64,000 nucleotides of DNA from the NCBI GenBank assembly GCA_001769505.1, contig MEOF01000052.1:13557-77556 (forward strand), read 5' to 3'. Below, in pieces: positions 6,494 through 16,068 of this stretch. Source of the stretch: Bacteroidetes bacterium GWF2_33_38 (lineage in GTDB: Bacteria; Bacteroidota; Bacteroidia; Bacteroidales; GWF2-33-38). The notes under the pieces are model-generated. The model worked only from the letters and a program-made list of their open reading frames with translations, was not told the origin of the DNA and did not search any database. A program made the position numbers and the translations under genes. The first letter of the stretch is position 1, and every line of letters begins with the position of its first letter.

Positions 6494-9400
6494 TTATTTT
6501 AGGTTTTGCACAAAACTTAACCATTCTTTGTTGCTAATTGCAAGTTTTATTTTTTTCAAATCATCGGCTTTTTTAATTTGTTGCACACACCACAAACCTT
6601 TCAATGCAATGTGAAAAGCTCCGTTTGCATCGGCATCTTTTGGCAAATTTGGCATTGCATTTCGGCTATCGTAAAAAACTCCGTTTTTTGCTACTGGCGA
6701 AAGTATAAAATCAATATCGGTTCCCGATTTCGATTGCCGCAACATAAGTGTTAAAGCCAAATAATGTAAAAGTTTCGAAAACAATTGTTTATCGTCTTGC
6801 AAAAGCAATTCGGTTTTTAAATTTTTTCCATTTTTATATTCAATTTTAAATTTATCAAAAATCAATTTCAATTCATTTGTTACATTCACTTCGTCGCTTG
6901 CTTTGGTTTGTGGATTGTAGCGGTAGCGAACGTCGCTGTGTGTGCAAACTGTCCATTTTGTTTGGCTTCCTTCAGCTTTTTCGGTAAATTTTTTATAGTC
7001 GAATTCAAATTCAAAATAATTTTTATCGGCATTAAATTTTATACTTTCAAATTTTTCGAAAAACAATTTTGCTTTTTCAACACTTTCGTATTTGGGTTTC
7101 AAAAAATCGACAAAACCTGTTGCTGGGTCAATTTTGCTTGTGTTCCAAGCCGGAACATAAAACAAAAATCCGCTTTGTTTTCCCATTTTCTCGAAACTTT
7201 CAAATTTGTTAGTCAATTGCAAAGCATTTAAAACTCCTGCGGTTTCGTTTACATCATTATTTTTGAAAACCAAATAATTGAGTTTTTCAATCAACATTTT
7301 TTCAAGTTTTTGGTAAACTTGTCGTTCCACTTTTTGTCTGCCACGCATAAAACCTGCGTTTAAATCTTCCATAACCACAATTGCGTTTTCGTCAACCATC
7401 ATTGTTGCAATTTGATGCACAACTTGGCTCAAATATCCTTCTTTGAGTTCTTTTATGGTTTCAATTGTTTTCCAATCTTGACGAGCGTTTGCTCGTTCAT
7501 TTTCTTTGTTTACCAACAAATTTTTATAATCGGTTTCGTGTTCTTGGCTTGTTGCAATTACGTTTAACGATTGTTGTTTCAACAATTCGCCTTTTTGATT
7601 TATAAGTGTGAGATAAATCAAATGTCGTTCGCCACGGTCTAAACCAATAATTTTAACATCCGAATTCGATTTCAAATATTCGTTCACTTTTGTATTCAAA
7701 TATTCGTTTCCTTCGGCTTTAAAATTCAACGTTATTGGAACGTGAAATTGAAATTTATCTAATGTAAAACGCTTATCTTTAATTAAATCGTAATTAAACG
7801 AACTTTGTTTTTTATTGTTTAGTGGATTTTTATTGTCAATTGCTTGATTTGCTTTGTGAATAATTCTATCAGTTTGTTTTATTGACGATTGTCTGAAAAA
7901 AACTTCGGCTTCTCCGTTCAATTTATAAACCACGTTTTGCAAATTTTGCTCGTCAAACAACATTTTCCAATACAAAGTGTGCATATTTGGTTTTCCTTTG
8001 CTGAAAGGCGAAAAATCTTTATTATAGATTTGAAATAAATACAATTTTCCTTCGTCAACTAATTGATTTATATATGTTTCGTCGAGTTTTGTGAAAGTTA
8101 ATTTATAACCTTGTTTTTCAACTTCTTTGTAAAACTCGCTTAAATCGTTGTACGTTTCAGTTTTCGAAAATTGATGATTAAAATGTTTCCAATCGGTATG
8201 TTTTGCTATTGATTGTTTGAAAAAATCAATCAAATTTTCCATATCTTTTCTAACAAAAGCATCGCCTTTTTTGTGCGTTTCTTTTTGATATTTACTTTGT
8301 ATTTCGGCTGATGGTTGAAAACTTTCAATTCCTTTTGCTGATAAAAATACTTTTGGTAACATTTTATTTGCTCCTGGCAATAATTTGTAATTCATTTTTT
8401 CAAAAGCCGTTTCTTCGTTTTTGCAAACAGGAACATTTCTTTCGAAAATTCGATTGTTCGATTTTGACATAATTCCCAAATAAAACAAACCATTTTTTCT
8501 GAAAATTACGCTTGTGTTAACGGGTTCTTTGTTTACATCCCAACCATTTAGCAATGTGCTATTTTCAAAATTTAGTTTTATTTTTTCGGTGCTGTAAGCT
8601 TTTTGAGTTAAGTAATTTCTTACTTTATTATAAATTGAAATTGTTTGGCTCAAATGTTCAAATAAAGCAGTAAATAAACTGTAAAAAAGTTCGTCTTTTT
8701 CTTTGTCTTTATCTTTTAAACTCAAAGGTTTGAGAAAATGAATTAAATTTAAAATGCTATCCAAAAAATCTTTTATTTGCGAAACTTGTTCTTTTTGATT
8801 TCCCAATTTTATATTTTCGGGATATGGTTCGTTCAATAAATCTTTAATTACTACATAATTATGATGAATTTTTTGAAGCAAATCAATTTTGTTGTCTTTG
8901 TCCAAACCAAGTTTTGCAAAATATTCACTAACAATATTTTTGTTGTTTTTTTCTTTAATTATTTCACTATCACATTCATTTAATGCGGTTTGTATAGTTT
9001 CAATATTGAAATCTTGTTTTAACCATTTTGCTTTACGTTCGTCGTATTTTTCTTGTTTTTCTTTTGATGAAATTGGATTTTGTTTTTCATAATAATCGTT
9101 CAAAGCTGATGAAATTATGCTCCAATCACCAAATAATTTTTGTGAAATATCGGTCAACGAAGTATCATTTCTTAAATAAATTTTAGATAAATCGAATGTT
9201 TTTAAACCAATAATTAAATTTTTGATTGCTTCAAAAATGTTTGTAGTGTGTCCATCGTCTTCGTAGTTACACAAAACGCTACTATAAAATTGTTCAATAT
9301 TTTCGAGTAATTGAGCATCGGTTTCAAAAGTTTCAGCAACAAAAGAAACGCTATGTCTGTCGCTTAAAATTTGCTTGTAAAGTTGTTTGAATTTTGCTTG

Positions 9401-10240
9401 TTTTTTCTTTTTGTCGGTTTGTTTTTGGTTATAATCGGTATTTATATATTCGTTTAAACCTTTAATTTTTGTTTTTCCTTCATCGGCAGTTCTTCCACCA
9501 ATAACAATGTTGTAAAGTTCAATTCCTGTTTGTGTAAGTGTTTGGTTAAAAAAACTTAATGAGAAAATTTCGTCTAAAGTTTTTCCTTGCACAATTTCTT
9601 CCATTTCAACAAGTGTTTTGTTCAAATCTGAAATTAATTCGGGAGCATCTTTTTTAATTTTTTCATAAATTTTCAAATTATCTATAAACTTTGGCAAGTT
9701 TTCGTTAACCAAACGATATGCAATTGCGGTCGCTTTTTCATCGGCAACATACATATTTCGTCTATTTTGGTGAAAACCCGTGAAATAGGTTGTGAAATCT
9801 TTGAATTCGTTTACTAATTCTTTTTGTTCGTCGTCAACAAAATTTAATAAATCTTGTTTTATCAATTCTTTTGCAAAAAGGTTTTTAAAACGTTCTTTAA
9901 TTTCATCATTTGGATTTTTTGCAAAAGCATCAGCAATTTGTTTACGGAGTGAATTGCGAATGTTATCAAATTCTTTTTTATCGGTATCGTCTTTTTCTTT
10001 TTTGTTGAATATCGTTTCGTAAGTTTCTAAACCGTGCAATTTAAAATCGCATAAAACCATTTCAATGAAATATTTATGATATTCATCAATAATTTTCTTT
10101 ACTTTTTTATAACTAACAGCTCTTTCATTGTCTTTTTCAATTAATCCATTTATTTCAATAAATTCTTTAGTTTTTCCTTGTGGAATTAGCTCAAAACGTA
10201 AAGTTTTCGATAATGAAAATTGATTTGTAAATTGTTTCAT
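6494..10240 (-). CDS. cas12a: Cas12a (Cpf1), type V-A CRISPR effector nuclease
   Basis: 1248 aa with the hallmark N-terminus FTNQFSLSKTLRFELIPQGKT. RuvC-I IIGLDRGERHLIY, RuvC-II IVVMEDLNAGFMRGR and RuvC-III KDADANGAFHIALKGLW all retain their acidic catalytic residues. A cognate array lies downstream on the same strand. Confidence 0.97.
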   Translation of the reverse strand: MKQFTNQFSLSKTLRFELIPQGKTKEFIEINGLIEKDNERAVSYKKVKKIIDEYHKYFIEMVLCDFKLHGLETYETIFNKKEKDDTDKKEFDNIRNSLRKQIADAFAKNPNDEIKERFKNLFAKELIKQDLLNFVDDEQKELVNEFKDFTTYFTGFHQNRRNMYVADEKATAIAYRLVNENLPKFIDNLKIYEKIKKDAPELISDLNKTLVEMEEIVQGKTLDEIFSLSFFNQTLTQTGIELYNIVIGGRTADEGKTKIKGLNEYINTDYNQKQTDKKKKQAKFKQLYKQILSDRHSVSFVAETFETDAQLLENIEQFYSSVLCNYEDDGHTTNIFEAIKNLIIGLKTFDLSKIYLRNDTSLTDISQKLFGDWSIISSALNDYYEKQNPISSKEKQEKYDERKAKWLKQDFNIETIQTALNECDSEIIKEKNNKNIVSEYFAKLGLDKDNKIDLLQKIHHNYVVIKDLLNEPYPENIKLGNQKEQVSQIKDFLDSILNLIHFLKPLSLKDKDKEKDELFYSLFTALFEHLSQTISIYNKVRNYLTQKAYSTEKIKLNFENSTLLNGWDVNKEPVNTSVIFRKNGLFYLGIMSKSNNRIFERNVPVCKNEETAFEKMNYKLLPGANKMLPKVFLSAKGIESFQPSAEIQSKYQKETHKKGDAFVRKDMENLIDFFKQSIAKHTDWKHFNHQFSKTETYNDLSEFYKEVEKQGYKLTFTKLDETYINQLVDEGKLYLFQIYNKDFSPFSKGKPNMHTLYWKMLFDEQNLQNVVYKLNGEAEVFFRQSSIKQTDRIIHKANQAIDNKNPLNNKKQSSFNYDLIKDKRFTLDKFQFHVPITLNFKAEGNEYLNTKVNEYLKSNSDVKIIGLDRGERHLIYLTLINQKGELLKQQSLNVIATSQEHETDYKNLLVNKENERANARQDWKTIETIKELKEGYLSQVVHQIATMMVDENAIVVMEDLNAGFMRGRQKVERQVYQKLEKMLIEKLNYLVFKNNDVNETAGVLNALQLTNKFESFEKMGKQSGFLFYVPAWNTSKIDPATGFVDFLKPKYESVEKAKLFFEKFESIKFNADKNYFEFEFDYKKFTEKAEGSQTKWTVCTHSDVRYRYNPQTKASDEVNVTNELKLIFDKFKIEYKNGKNLKTELLLQDDKQLFSKLLHYLALTLMLRQSKSGTDIDFILSPVAKNGVFYDSRNAMPNLPKDADANGAFHIALKGLWCVQQIKKADDLKKIKLAISNKEWLSFVQNLK

Positions 10241-10347
10241 GTGGTTTATGTATTTTTTCTCATAAAGTTAGAAAAATACATACAAGCAAAAAAACTTTTA
10301 AGCAATATTTTATGATTGCGTTAATTGTTGTCCATTTATATTAGGAG

Positions 10348-10400
10348 AAGCCGTTTTATTTGAAATTTACGACGTAATTTCGAGAAACGGGAACTACGAT
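10348..10400. repeat. right copy of the 53-nt direct repeat (the genuine 3' end of the LytTR gene plus 8 nt beyond its stop)
   Basis: aagccgttttatttgaaatttacgacgtaatttcgagaaacgggaactacgat, offset exactly 5,200 bp from the left copy. Confidence 0.85.
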
Positions 10401-11192
10401 TTCGGTATTTTTGAAAAATAATTGAATCCCCTGCGAATTTCCGGTTGATTTTTCGATTAAATCTGTATTTGCGATGAATGAGCGATGAACTTTTACAAAG
10501 TTTTTGTGCTTAGAGAGCAGTGTTTCTATTTCTTTAAGTGTAGCTCTAATTATTTTCTTAGCTGTTTTGCTCTCATTAAAATAATTTATCTCAACATAAT
10601 TTCCCTGCGACATTATACATATAATATTCGACGAAGATATTGATATCATATCATTTCCAACATTCGATGTAAAAGTTATTATTTCTGATGAGTTTTGTTG
10701 AATATGGTTTTGTTGAATAGTGTCAAGAGCTGTTGTATTCTTCTTCAATTCGTTAACATAGCCCACATAAACGAAAAAGATTGTCGGAAAAAGTCCGATT
10801 GTAAATGTTGAAATCAGAAAATACAGAAACGAACCAAGTGTTAATTTAAAGTTTGCAATAAAAATCGAAGAATACAAAACATTCATGCAAGCAATCAAGG
10901 TAATTAAACCCGTAATGGTTAAGATGCTTGATAATAAAGTAACATTTTTAATTTCGACGAATTTATACTTAAAAATAAGTACCCATATAGATTGATAAAT
11001 TATGTATGTAACAAAAGTAACAAAACCAAATCCAAGTGATTGAAAAAAAAGATTTTCGAGTTCATTTATTCCAAAAGGTTTAAAAATAAATAAGAACATA
11101 AAAATAAATATTCCCAACAAAAATGCAGGAATAATTTTTACACGTTCAAACGCGACAGGTGCAGGTTGCTTTAATAATTTGATAATATTCAT
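10356..11192 (-). CDS. membrane-anchored LytTR DNA-binding domain protein
   Basis: N-terminal half has 4-5 TM helices. The C-terminal LytTR domain reads ..NYVEINYFNE..FVKVHRSFIANTDLI.. Confidence 0.75.
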   Translation of the reverse strand: MNIIKLLKQPAPVAFERVKIIPAFLLGIFIFMFLFIFKPFGINELENLFFQSLGFGFVTFVTYIIYQSIWVLIFKYKFVEIKNVTLLSSILTITGLITLIACMNVLYSSIFIANFKLTLGSFLYFLISTFTIGLFPTIFFVYVGYVNELKKNTTALDTIQQNHIQQNSSEIITFTSNVGNDMISISSSNIICIMSQGNYVEINYFNESKTAKKIIRATLKEIETLLSKHKNFVKVHRSFIANTDLIEKSTGNSQGIQLFFKNTEIVVPVSRNYVVNFK

Positions 11193-11243
11193 TAATACAA
11201 ATATAGGTGTTGGAATATAAAATAATCCAAGCTATTCAATATG

Positions 11244-12092
11244 CTATTTCTTTTTCTTCGAACGTTTTACAAGCTTCAAAATAACATAAAGAGTTATCCC
11301 AAGAATTAACCATAATGGCCACAAATAAAAGATTCCGATTATAAAAATTATCAAGCCACTCCAACCCGACGAAATAGCATCGCCTAATTTTGAAAAGAAA
11401 CTTGGCTCGTTATAATTGTAGTCGTTGTACTGATTTACCGTTAAATTTATAGTACTATATCCAACCTGATTATTCAAAAATTTAAGTCGGCCTTCGGCAG
11501 CGTCAATTTCTTCACGTATTTGTTTGATTTTGTACTCAACTTCAAGTATTTCGCTTATGGTGTTGGCTTTTTTCAAAATCTCGTAATATCGTGTTTCTAT
11601 TTCCTTTTTAGCTTTTAATCGTGCTTCAATATCAACAAACTCTTCGGTAACGTCGGTTAGTGATACACTTTTTTGTATTACTTTTTTCACATCAACAATA
11701 AGCGTATCGAGCAAATTGTCAAATTTTTCGCTGGCAACTCGTATCGTTAAGCTATTTGAAATCAAATACGATGTATTATTTTCAACTTCGCTCGAAACAT
11801 ATGCGTTGTAGATTCTCAATCGTTTCTTAATTTCCGAAATCGAAGCATCGTAGTCCGCCACTTCAACAGATACGTTTGCTGTCTTGATTATTTTTTCAGC
11901 TATTTTATCTTTTGCCAAATCGTCGATTGATTTTGGAGTTTCCGCCTCTGTATATTCCTCAACATTAGCAGATTTTGCTGTCTGCTCAAATTCCACAGCA
12001 CCGTCAGCCATCATCTGAACATTGTCGCTCATTTGACTGCACGACATTAGCGTAAGCACCAAAAATACGAGTAAATATAAGTTTTGTCTCAT
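11244..12092 (-). CDS. DUF4349-like lipoprotein with coiled-coil region and C-terminal TM helices
   Basis: Lipoprotein signal (..LMSCSQ), coiled-coil segment and two C-terminal TM helices. The family assignment is by recall. Confidence 0.45.
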   Translation of the reverse strand: MRQNLYLLVFLVLTLMSCSQMSDNVQMMADGAVEFEQTAKSANVEEYTEAETPKSIDDLAKDKIAEKIIKTANVSVEVADYDASISEIKKRLRIYNAYVSSEVENNTSYLISNSLTIRVASEKFDNLLDTLIVDVKKVIQKSVSLTDVTEEFVDIEARLKAKKEIETRYYEILKKANTISEILEVEYKIKQIREEIDAAEGRLKFLNNQVGYSTINLTVNQYNDYNYNEPSFFSKLGDAISSGWSGLIIFIIGIFYLWPLWLILGITLYVILKLVKRSKKKK

Positions 12093-12203
12093 CTTCGTAA
12101 TGTTTTAATTAATTTTCATCAAGACATAAAGTTATGCTTATAATCTCATATTTCAAAAATCTGCATTATAATTTATTATATTTGTATCTAAATTAATTTT
12201 TAA

Positions 12204-12755
12204 ATGAAAACCTTTACATTTCTACTTACTATTATTGTTGCAAGCATTTTGTTTTCTTGCAACTCAACAAAATATCCTGAATACATTAAAAAAACGGATA
12301 GCCTGTTAGCAAGTCTTGATAGCATTAGTGTCAAATATCACGAAATAAATTACGGCAGCGTGAAAATTATGTTTGATTTGGTTTCGAAAAATCATGAATT
12401 AATCAAAGAAAACGAAAGCCTTGATTTAGCAAATAATCAAGAGTTAAAACAAGATTTGTTTCAATACGGAAGAATTCACAAAGCTTTTAAAAAATATTTG
12501 AAAGAGTATGATAAAACAAATTCGGATATTGAATTTAATAAAAATCAGTTGAATACTTTTAAAGATGATATTTCGAATAACTTGATAAGCGAAGAAAATA
12601 TCATTAAGTTTTATGACGATGAGCTAAAAGCTCATTCAAATTTAGTTGAGACTATTAATTTTTATAATCACGACGTATCAACTTCCATCAAATTGTATAA
12701 AGAAATTCATACTCGTATGTCTGAATTTTTAACTCCTTCGACAAAAAATGAATAG
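12204..12755 (+). CDS. hypothetical lipoprotein
   Basis: Signal peptide with Cys (ILFSCNS). Overlaps the downstream TPR gene by 8 nt. Confidence 0.45.
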   Translation: MKTFTFLLTIIVASILFSCNSTKYPEYIKKTDSLLASLDSISVKYHEINYGSVKIMFDLVSKNHELIKENESLDLANNQELKQDLFQYGRIHKAFKKYLKEYDKTNSDIEFNKNQLNTFKDDISNNLISEENIIKFYDDELKAHSNLVETINFYNHDVSTSIKLYKEIHTRMSEFLTPSTKNE

Positions 12756-14604
12756 TTCATTTCTTAAAAAGATAAGTGGGTTCATTATTTTTATTCTCGT
12801 TGCTTTAATTTCATTTTCTCAAGTAAACGAGAGCCAATTGGCATTAAAATACTATCAAAACAAAGAATTCGACAAGGCTGCCGACGTGTATCTAAAATTG
12901 TACGAAAAACAAAAATCAGCATATTTTTACAGCTACTACATCAATTGTCTTCTTGAATTAAAAGATTACGAAACCGCCGAAAAATCACTAAAAAAAGAGA
13001 TAAAAAAAGACCCAGCAAATTTATCTCTCTATGTAGATTACGGATTTGTTTTTAAAGTTCAAAACTATTTTGCTAAAGCCGATGAACAGTTCGAAACTGC
13101 AATAAAAAATATTTACCCCGACCGCCAACAAATTATGAATCTTGCAAATGCATTTATCGGAAAACGCGAATTCGATTACGCCGAAATGACATATAGAAAA
13201 GGTCAAAAACTAGAAAAAGACTACGATTACAATATGGAACTTGCAAACCTTTATTATATCGAACGCAACTACGAGGCAATGATTGATGAATACTTGAACT
13301 TACTCGAAACCGACGAAAATTATATTCAGACAGTTCAAAATCGTCTTCAGAATGTTATTTATACCAGTAATGACGACTCGATGCTCGAAATTCTAAAAAG
13401 CAGTTTGATAAAACGAATTCAAAAAAGTCCCGACATAAGTATATTTTCGGAATTATTAATTTGGATTTATATTCAGGACAACGATTTTGAAAATGCATTG
13501 ACTTATACAATAGCTATTGATAAAAGGAAAAAAGAAAATGGCGAACGGCTTATCCTCTTAGCCCGTTCAGCAAATACAAATGAACGATTCGAAATTGCTA
13601 TCGAAGCATATAAATATGTGATTAGCAAAGGTATTGATTCAGAATATTATACCGATGCAAAAAACGAATACCTAAACTCAATATACAATAAAATTACAAA
13701 TTCGGGAATCTTCACAAAGATAGAAATCGAAGACCTTGAAAAAAGTTACCTTGAAACACTAGATGAACTTGGGAAAAAATCCACTACAATATCATTAATT
13801 AAAGAGTTAGCTCATTTACAAGGGTTTTATTTACATAAAGTTGATTCTGCGATAAGTTTGCTCGAAAAATCGCTCGAGATACCGGGAGTTAAACCATCAA
13901 ATATTTCTGAATGTAAGATTGCTTTAGGAGATTTATATTTATTGAATAATGACGTTTGGGCTGCTACTATATTTTACGGACAAGTCGAAAAAAACGATCC
14001 AAATAGCTTGTTGGGACATGAGGCTAAATTTAAAAAAGCTAAACTTGCATACTATGTTGGAGATTTTCAATGGGCAGAAGCTCAACTAGATGTTCTGAAA
14101 GCCAGCACATCAAAATTAATTTCTAATGATGCCTTTTACTTAGCGTCGATTATTTCCGACAATTTAGCTCTTGACACAAGCGAACAAGCCTTAAAAATGT
14201 ATGCTCGAGCCGATTTACTGAGTTTCCAACGAAAAGATTCACTCGCAATGATTACCTTAGATTCCCTTAGCGAAAATTTTAAAACACATTCGCTCGCCGA
14301 CGATGTGCTATATTTAAAAGCCAATATTTACACAATATCTAATAATTATTTGAAAGCTTCAGAGTTATATGAAAAAATTTATAGCGATTATTCATACGAT
14401 ATTTTAGCCGATGATGCTCTTTATCATCTTGCAATTATTACCGAAGAAAAGATAAATGATAAAGAAAAAGCGAAGCAATTCTACAACGATCTTTTACTCA
14501 AATATCCGGGAAGTATTTTTGTTTCAGATTCTCGACAGAGATATCGAAAATTGCGTGGAGATGTACTAAAAAAGACCGAAGAAAAATTTTTTTATGATTT
14601 GTAG
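12748..14604 (+). CDS. tetratricopeptide (TPR) repeat protein
   Basis: 618 aa with repeated TPR-like A/Y/L helical pairs (ALKYYQNKEFDKAADVYLKLY..) and a signal/anchor at the N-terminus. Confidence 0.65.
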   Translation: MNSSFLKKISGFIIFILVALISFSQVNESQLALKYYQNKEFDKAADVYLKLYEKQKSAYFYSYYINCLLELKDYETAEKSLKKEIKKDPANLSLYVDYGFVFKVQNYFAKADEQFETAIKNIYPDRQQIMNLANAFIGKREFDYAEMTYRKGQKLEKDYDYNMELANLYYIERNYEAMIDEYLNLLETDENYIQTVQNRLQNVIYTSNDDSMLEILKSSLIKRIQKSPDISIFSELLIWIYIQDNDFENALTYTIAIDKRKKENGERLILLARSANTNERFEIAIEAYKYVISKGIDSEYYTDAKNEYLNSIYNKITNSGIFTKIEIEDLEKSYLETLDELGKKSTTISLIKELAHLQGFYLHKVDSAISLLEKSLEIPGVKPSNISECKIALGDLYLLNNDVWAATIFYGQVEKNDPNSLLGHEAKFKKAKLAYYVGDFQWAEAQLDVLKASTSKLISNDAFYLASIISDNLALDTSEQALKMYARADLLSFQRKDSLAMITLDSLSENFKTHSLADDVLYLKANIYTISNNYLKASELYEKIYSDYSYDILADDALYHLAIITEEKINDKEKAKQFYNDLLLKYPGSIFVSDSRQRYRKLRGDVLKKTEEKFFYDL

Positions 14605-15491
14605 TGAATAATAAAAAATCATTCATACTTGGGATTTCTGCAATTCTTTTCTGGTCAACAGTTGCAACAGCATTTAAGTTTGCATTAAACAACTTAAATT
14701 ATATTCAAACCATCTTTTATTCGGTTTTATTCTCAACCCTTATTATATTCGTGTATTTAGTCATCGAAAAAAAACAATCTCAACTATTCCAGTTTACGTT
14801 AAAACAATATTTTTTCTCGGCATTTCTTGGATTTTTAAATCCGTTTTTATACTATCTGATTTTACTCAAAGCATATTCTTTACTTCCAGCTCAACTAGCT
14901 CAACCACTTAATTATACTTGGCCAATAATGCTGGTTTTACTTTCGGTTCCTTTGCTTAAAAAGAAACTTAAGAAAATTGACTTGATTGGTATTATGGTTA
15001 GCTTTTCGGGTGTAATTTTCATATCGCTAAAAGATAATTTTTCGTTTAATAATATCGAAGAACCTTTTGGAATAATGCTGGCAACGGGAAGTTCTATTAT
15101 TTGGGCTTTATTTTGGATATATAACTTAAAAGATGACAGAGACGTGGTTGTAAAATTATTTTTAAATTTTCTATTTGGACTCATCTTTATTACCATTACT
15201 ATTTTTGTAACCGATAATTTTATTATTCCAACAAAAGAAGGTCTTAATTCAACGCTTTATATCAGTTTTTTTGAGATGGGAATCACATTTATTTTGTGGT
15301 TAACGGCTTTGAAACTGTCAACTTCTCAAGAGAAATTAAGCAACTTAGTTTACATTTCTCCTTTTCTATCACTTATTTTTATTACGATATTTCTACACGA
15401 AAATATTTATTCAACAACTTATATCGGACTCAGTTTAATTGTTTTAGGTATCTTTGTTCAAAATATTTTCAGCAAGAAAAACCAATTTTAA
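14604..15491 (+). CDS. EamA/DMT family transporter
   Basis: 295 aa with about 10 TM helices and a two-fold EamA-like repeat architecture. Confidence 0.65.
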   Translation: MNNKKSFILGISAILFWSTVATAFKFALNNLNYIQTIFYSVLFSTLIIFVYLVIEKKQSQLFQFTLKQYFFSAFLGFLNPFLYYLILLKAYSLLPAQLAQPLNYTWPIMLVLLSVPLLKKKLKKIDLIGIMVSFSGVIFISLKDNFSFNNIEEPFGIMLATGSSIIWALFWIYNLKDDRDVVVKLFLNFLFGLIFITITIFVTDNFIIPTKEGLNSTLYISFFEMGITFILWLTALKLSTSQEKLSNLVYISPFLSLIFITIFLHENIYSTTYIGLSLIVLGIFVQNIFSKKNQF

Positions 15492-15512
15492 TATTTCAAC
15501 TTAATCTGAAAC

Positions 15513-16067
15513 ATGGTTTTAGACAGAATTATATTAGGAATCGACCCCGGAACCTGCATAATGGGATATGGAATTATTCATGTGATAAACAATAAGCCTA
15601 AACTTTTATCAATGGGGCATATTGAAATTAATAAGTTTAGCGATCCATATTTGAAACTAAAATATATTTACGACCGTACTCTTTCGTTGATTATACAATA
15701 CACTCCTGATGAACTTGCAATTGAAGCTCCATTTTATGGAAAAAATGTACAATCGATGTTAAAATTGGGAAGAGCCCAAGGAGCTGCTATTTCAGCTGCT
15801 TTATCGAGAAACTTACCTATTTTCGAATATGCTCCAAAAAAAATAAAAATGGCAATTACGGGAAACGGAAATGCATCAAAAGAACAAGTTGCCATGATTT
15901 TAAAAAATCTTCTAAAACTCGATGCTCTACCTACAAAACTCGATGCTACCGACGGACTCGCTGCAGCATTTTGTCATTTTTATCAAAATAATGCTCTTTC
16001 AAGTACAGGAAAATCATATTCAGGCTGGGCTGATTTTGCAAAGAAGAATAACGATAGAATTAAATAA
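15513..16067 (+). CDS. ruvC: crossover junction endodeoxyribonuclease RuvC
   Basis: ILGIDPGT catalytic Asp motif; 184 aa; ..ELAIEAPFYGKNVQSMLKLGRAQG.. is typical of RuvC. Confidence 0.9.
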   Translation: MVLDRIILGIDPGTCIMGYGIIHVINNKPKLLSMGHIEINKFSDPYLKLKYIYDRTLSLIIQYTPDELAIEAPFYGKNVQSMLKLGRAQGAAISAALSRNLPIFEYAPKKIKMAITGNGNASKEQVAMILKNLLKLDALPTKLDATDGLAAAFCHFYQNNALSSTGKSYSGWADFAKKNNDRIK

Positions 16068-16068
16068 A

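Noticed and set aside
6908-10022. Antisense ORFs inside cas12a (6908-7231, 8889-9092, 9792-10022)
   Set aside because: They are low-complexity F/S/K/L-rich translations of the antisense strand of an AT-rich gene, with no motifs, and lie fully inside a well-supported CDS.
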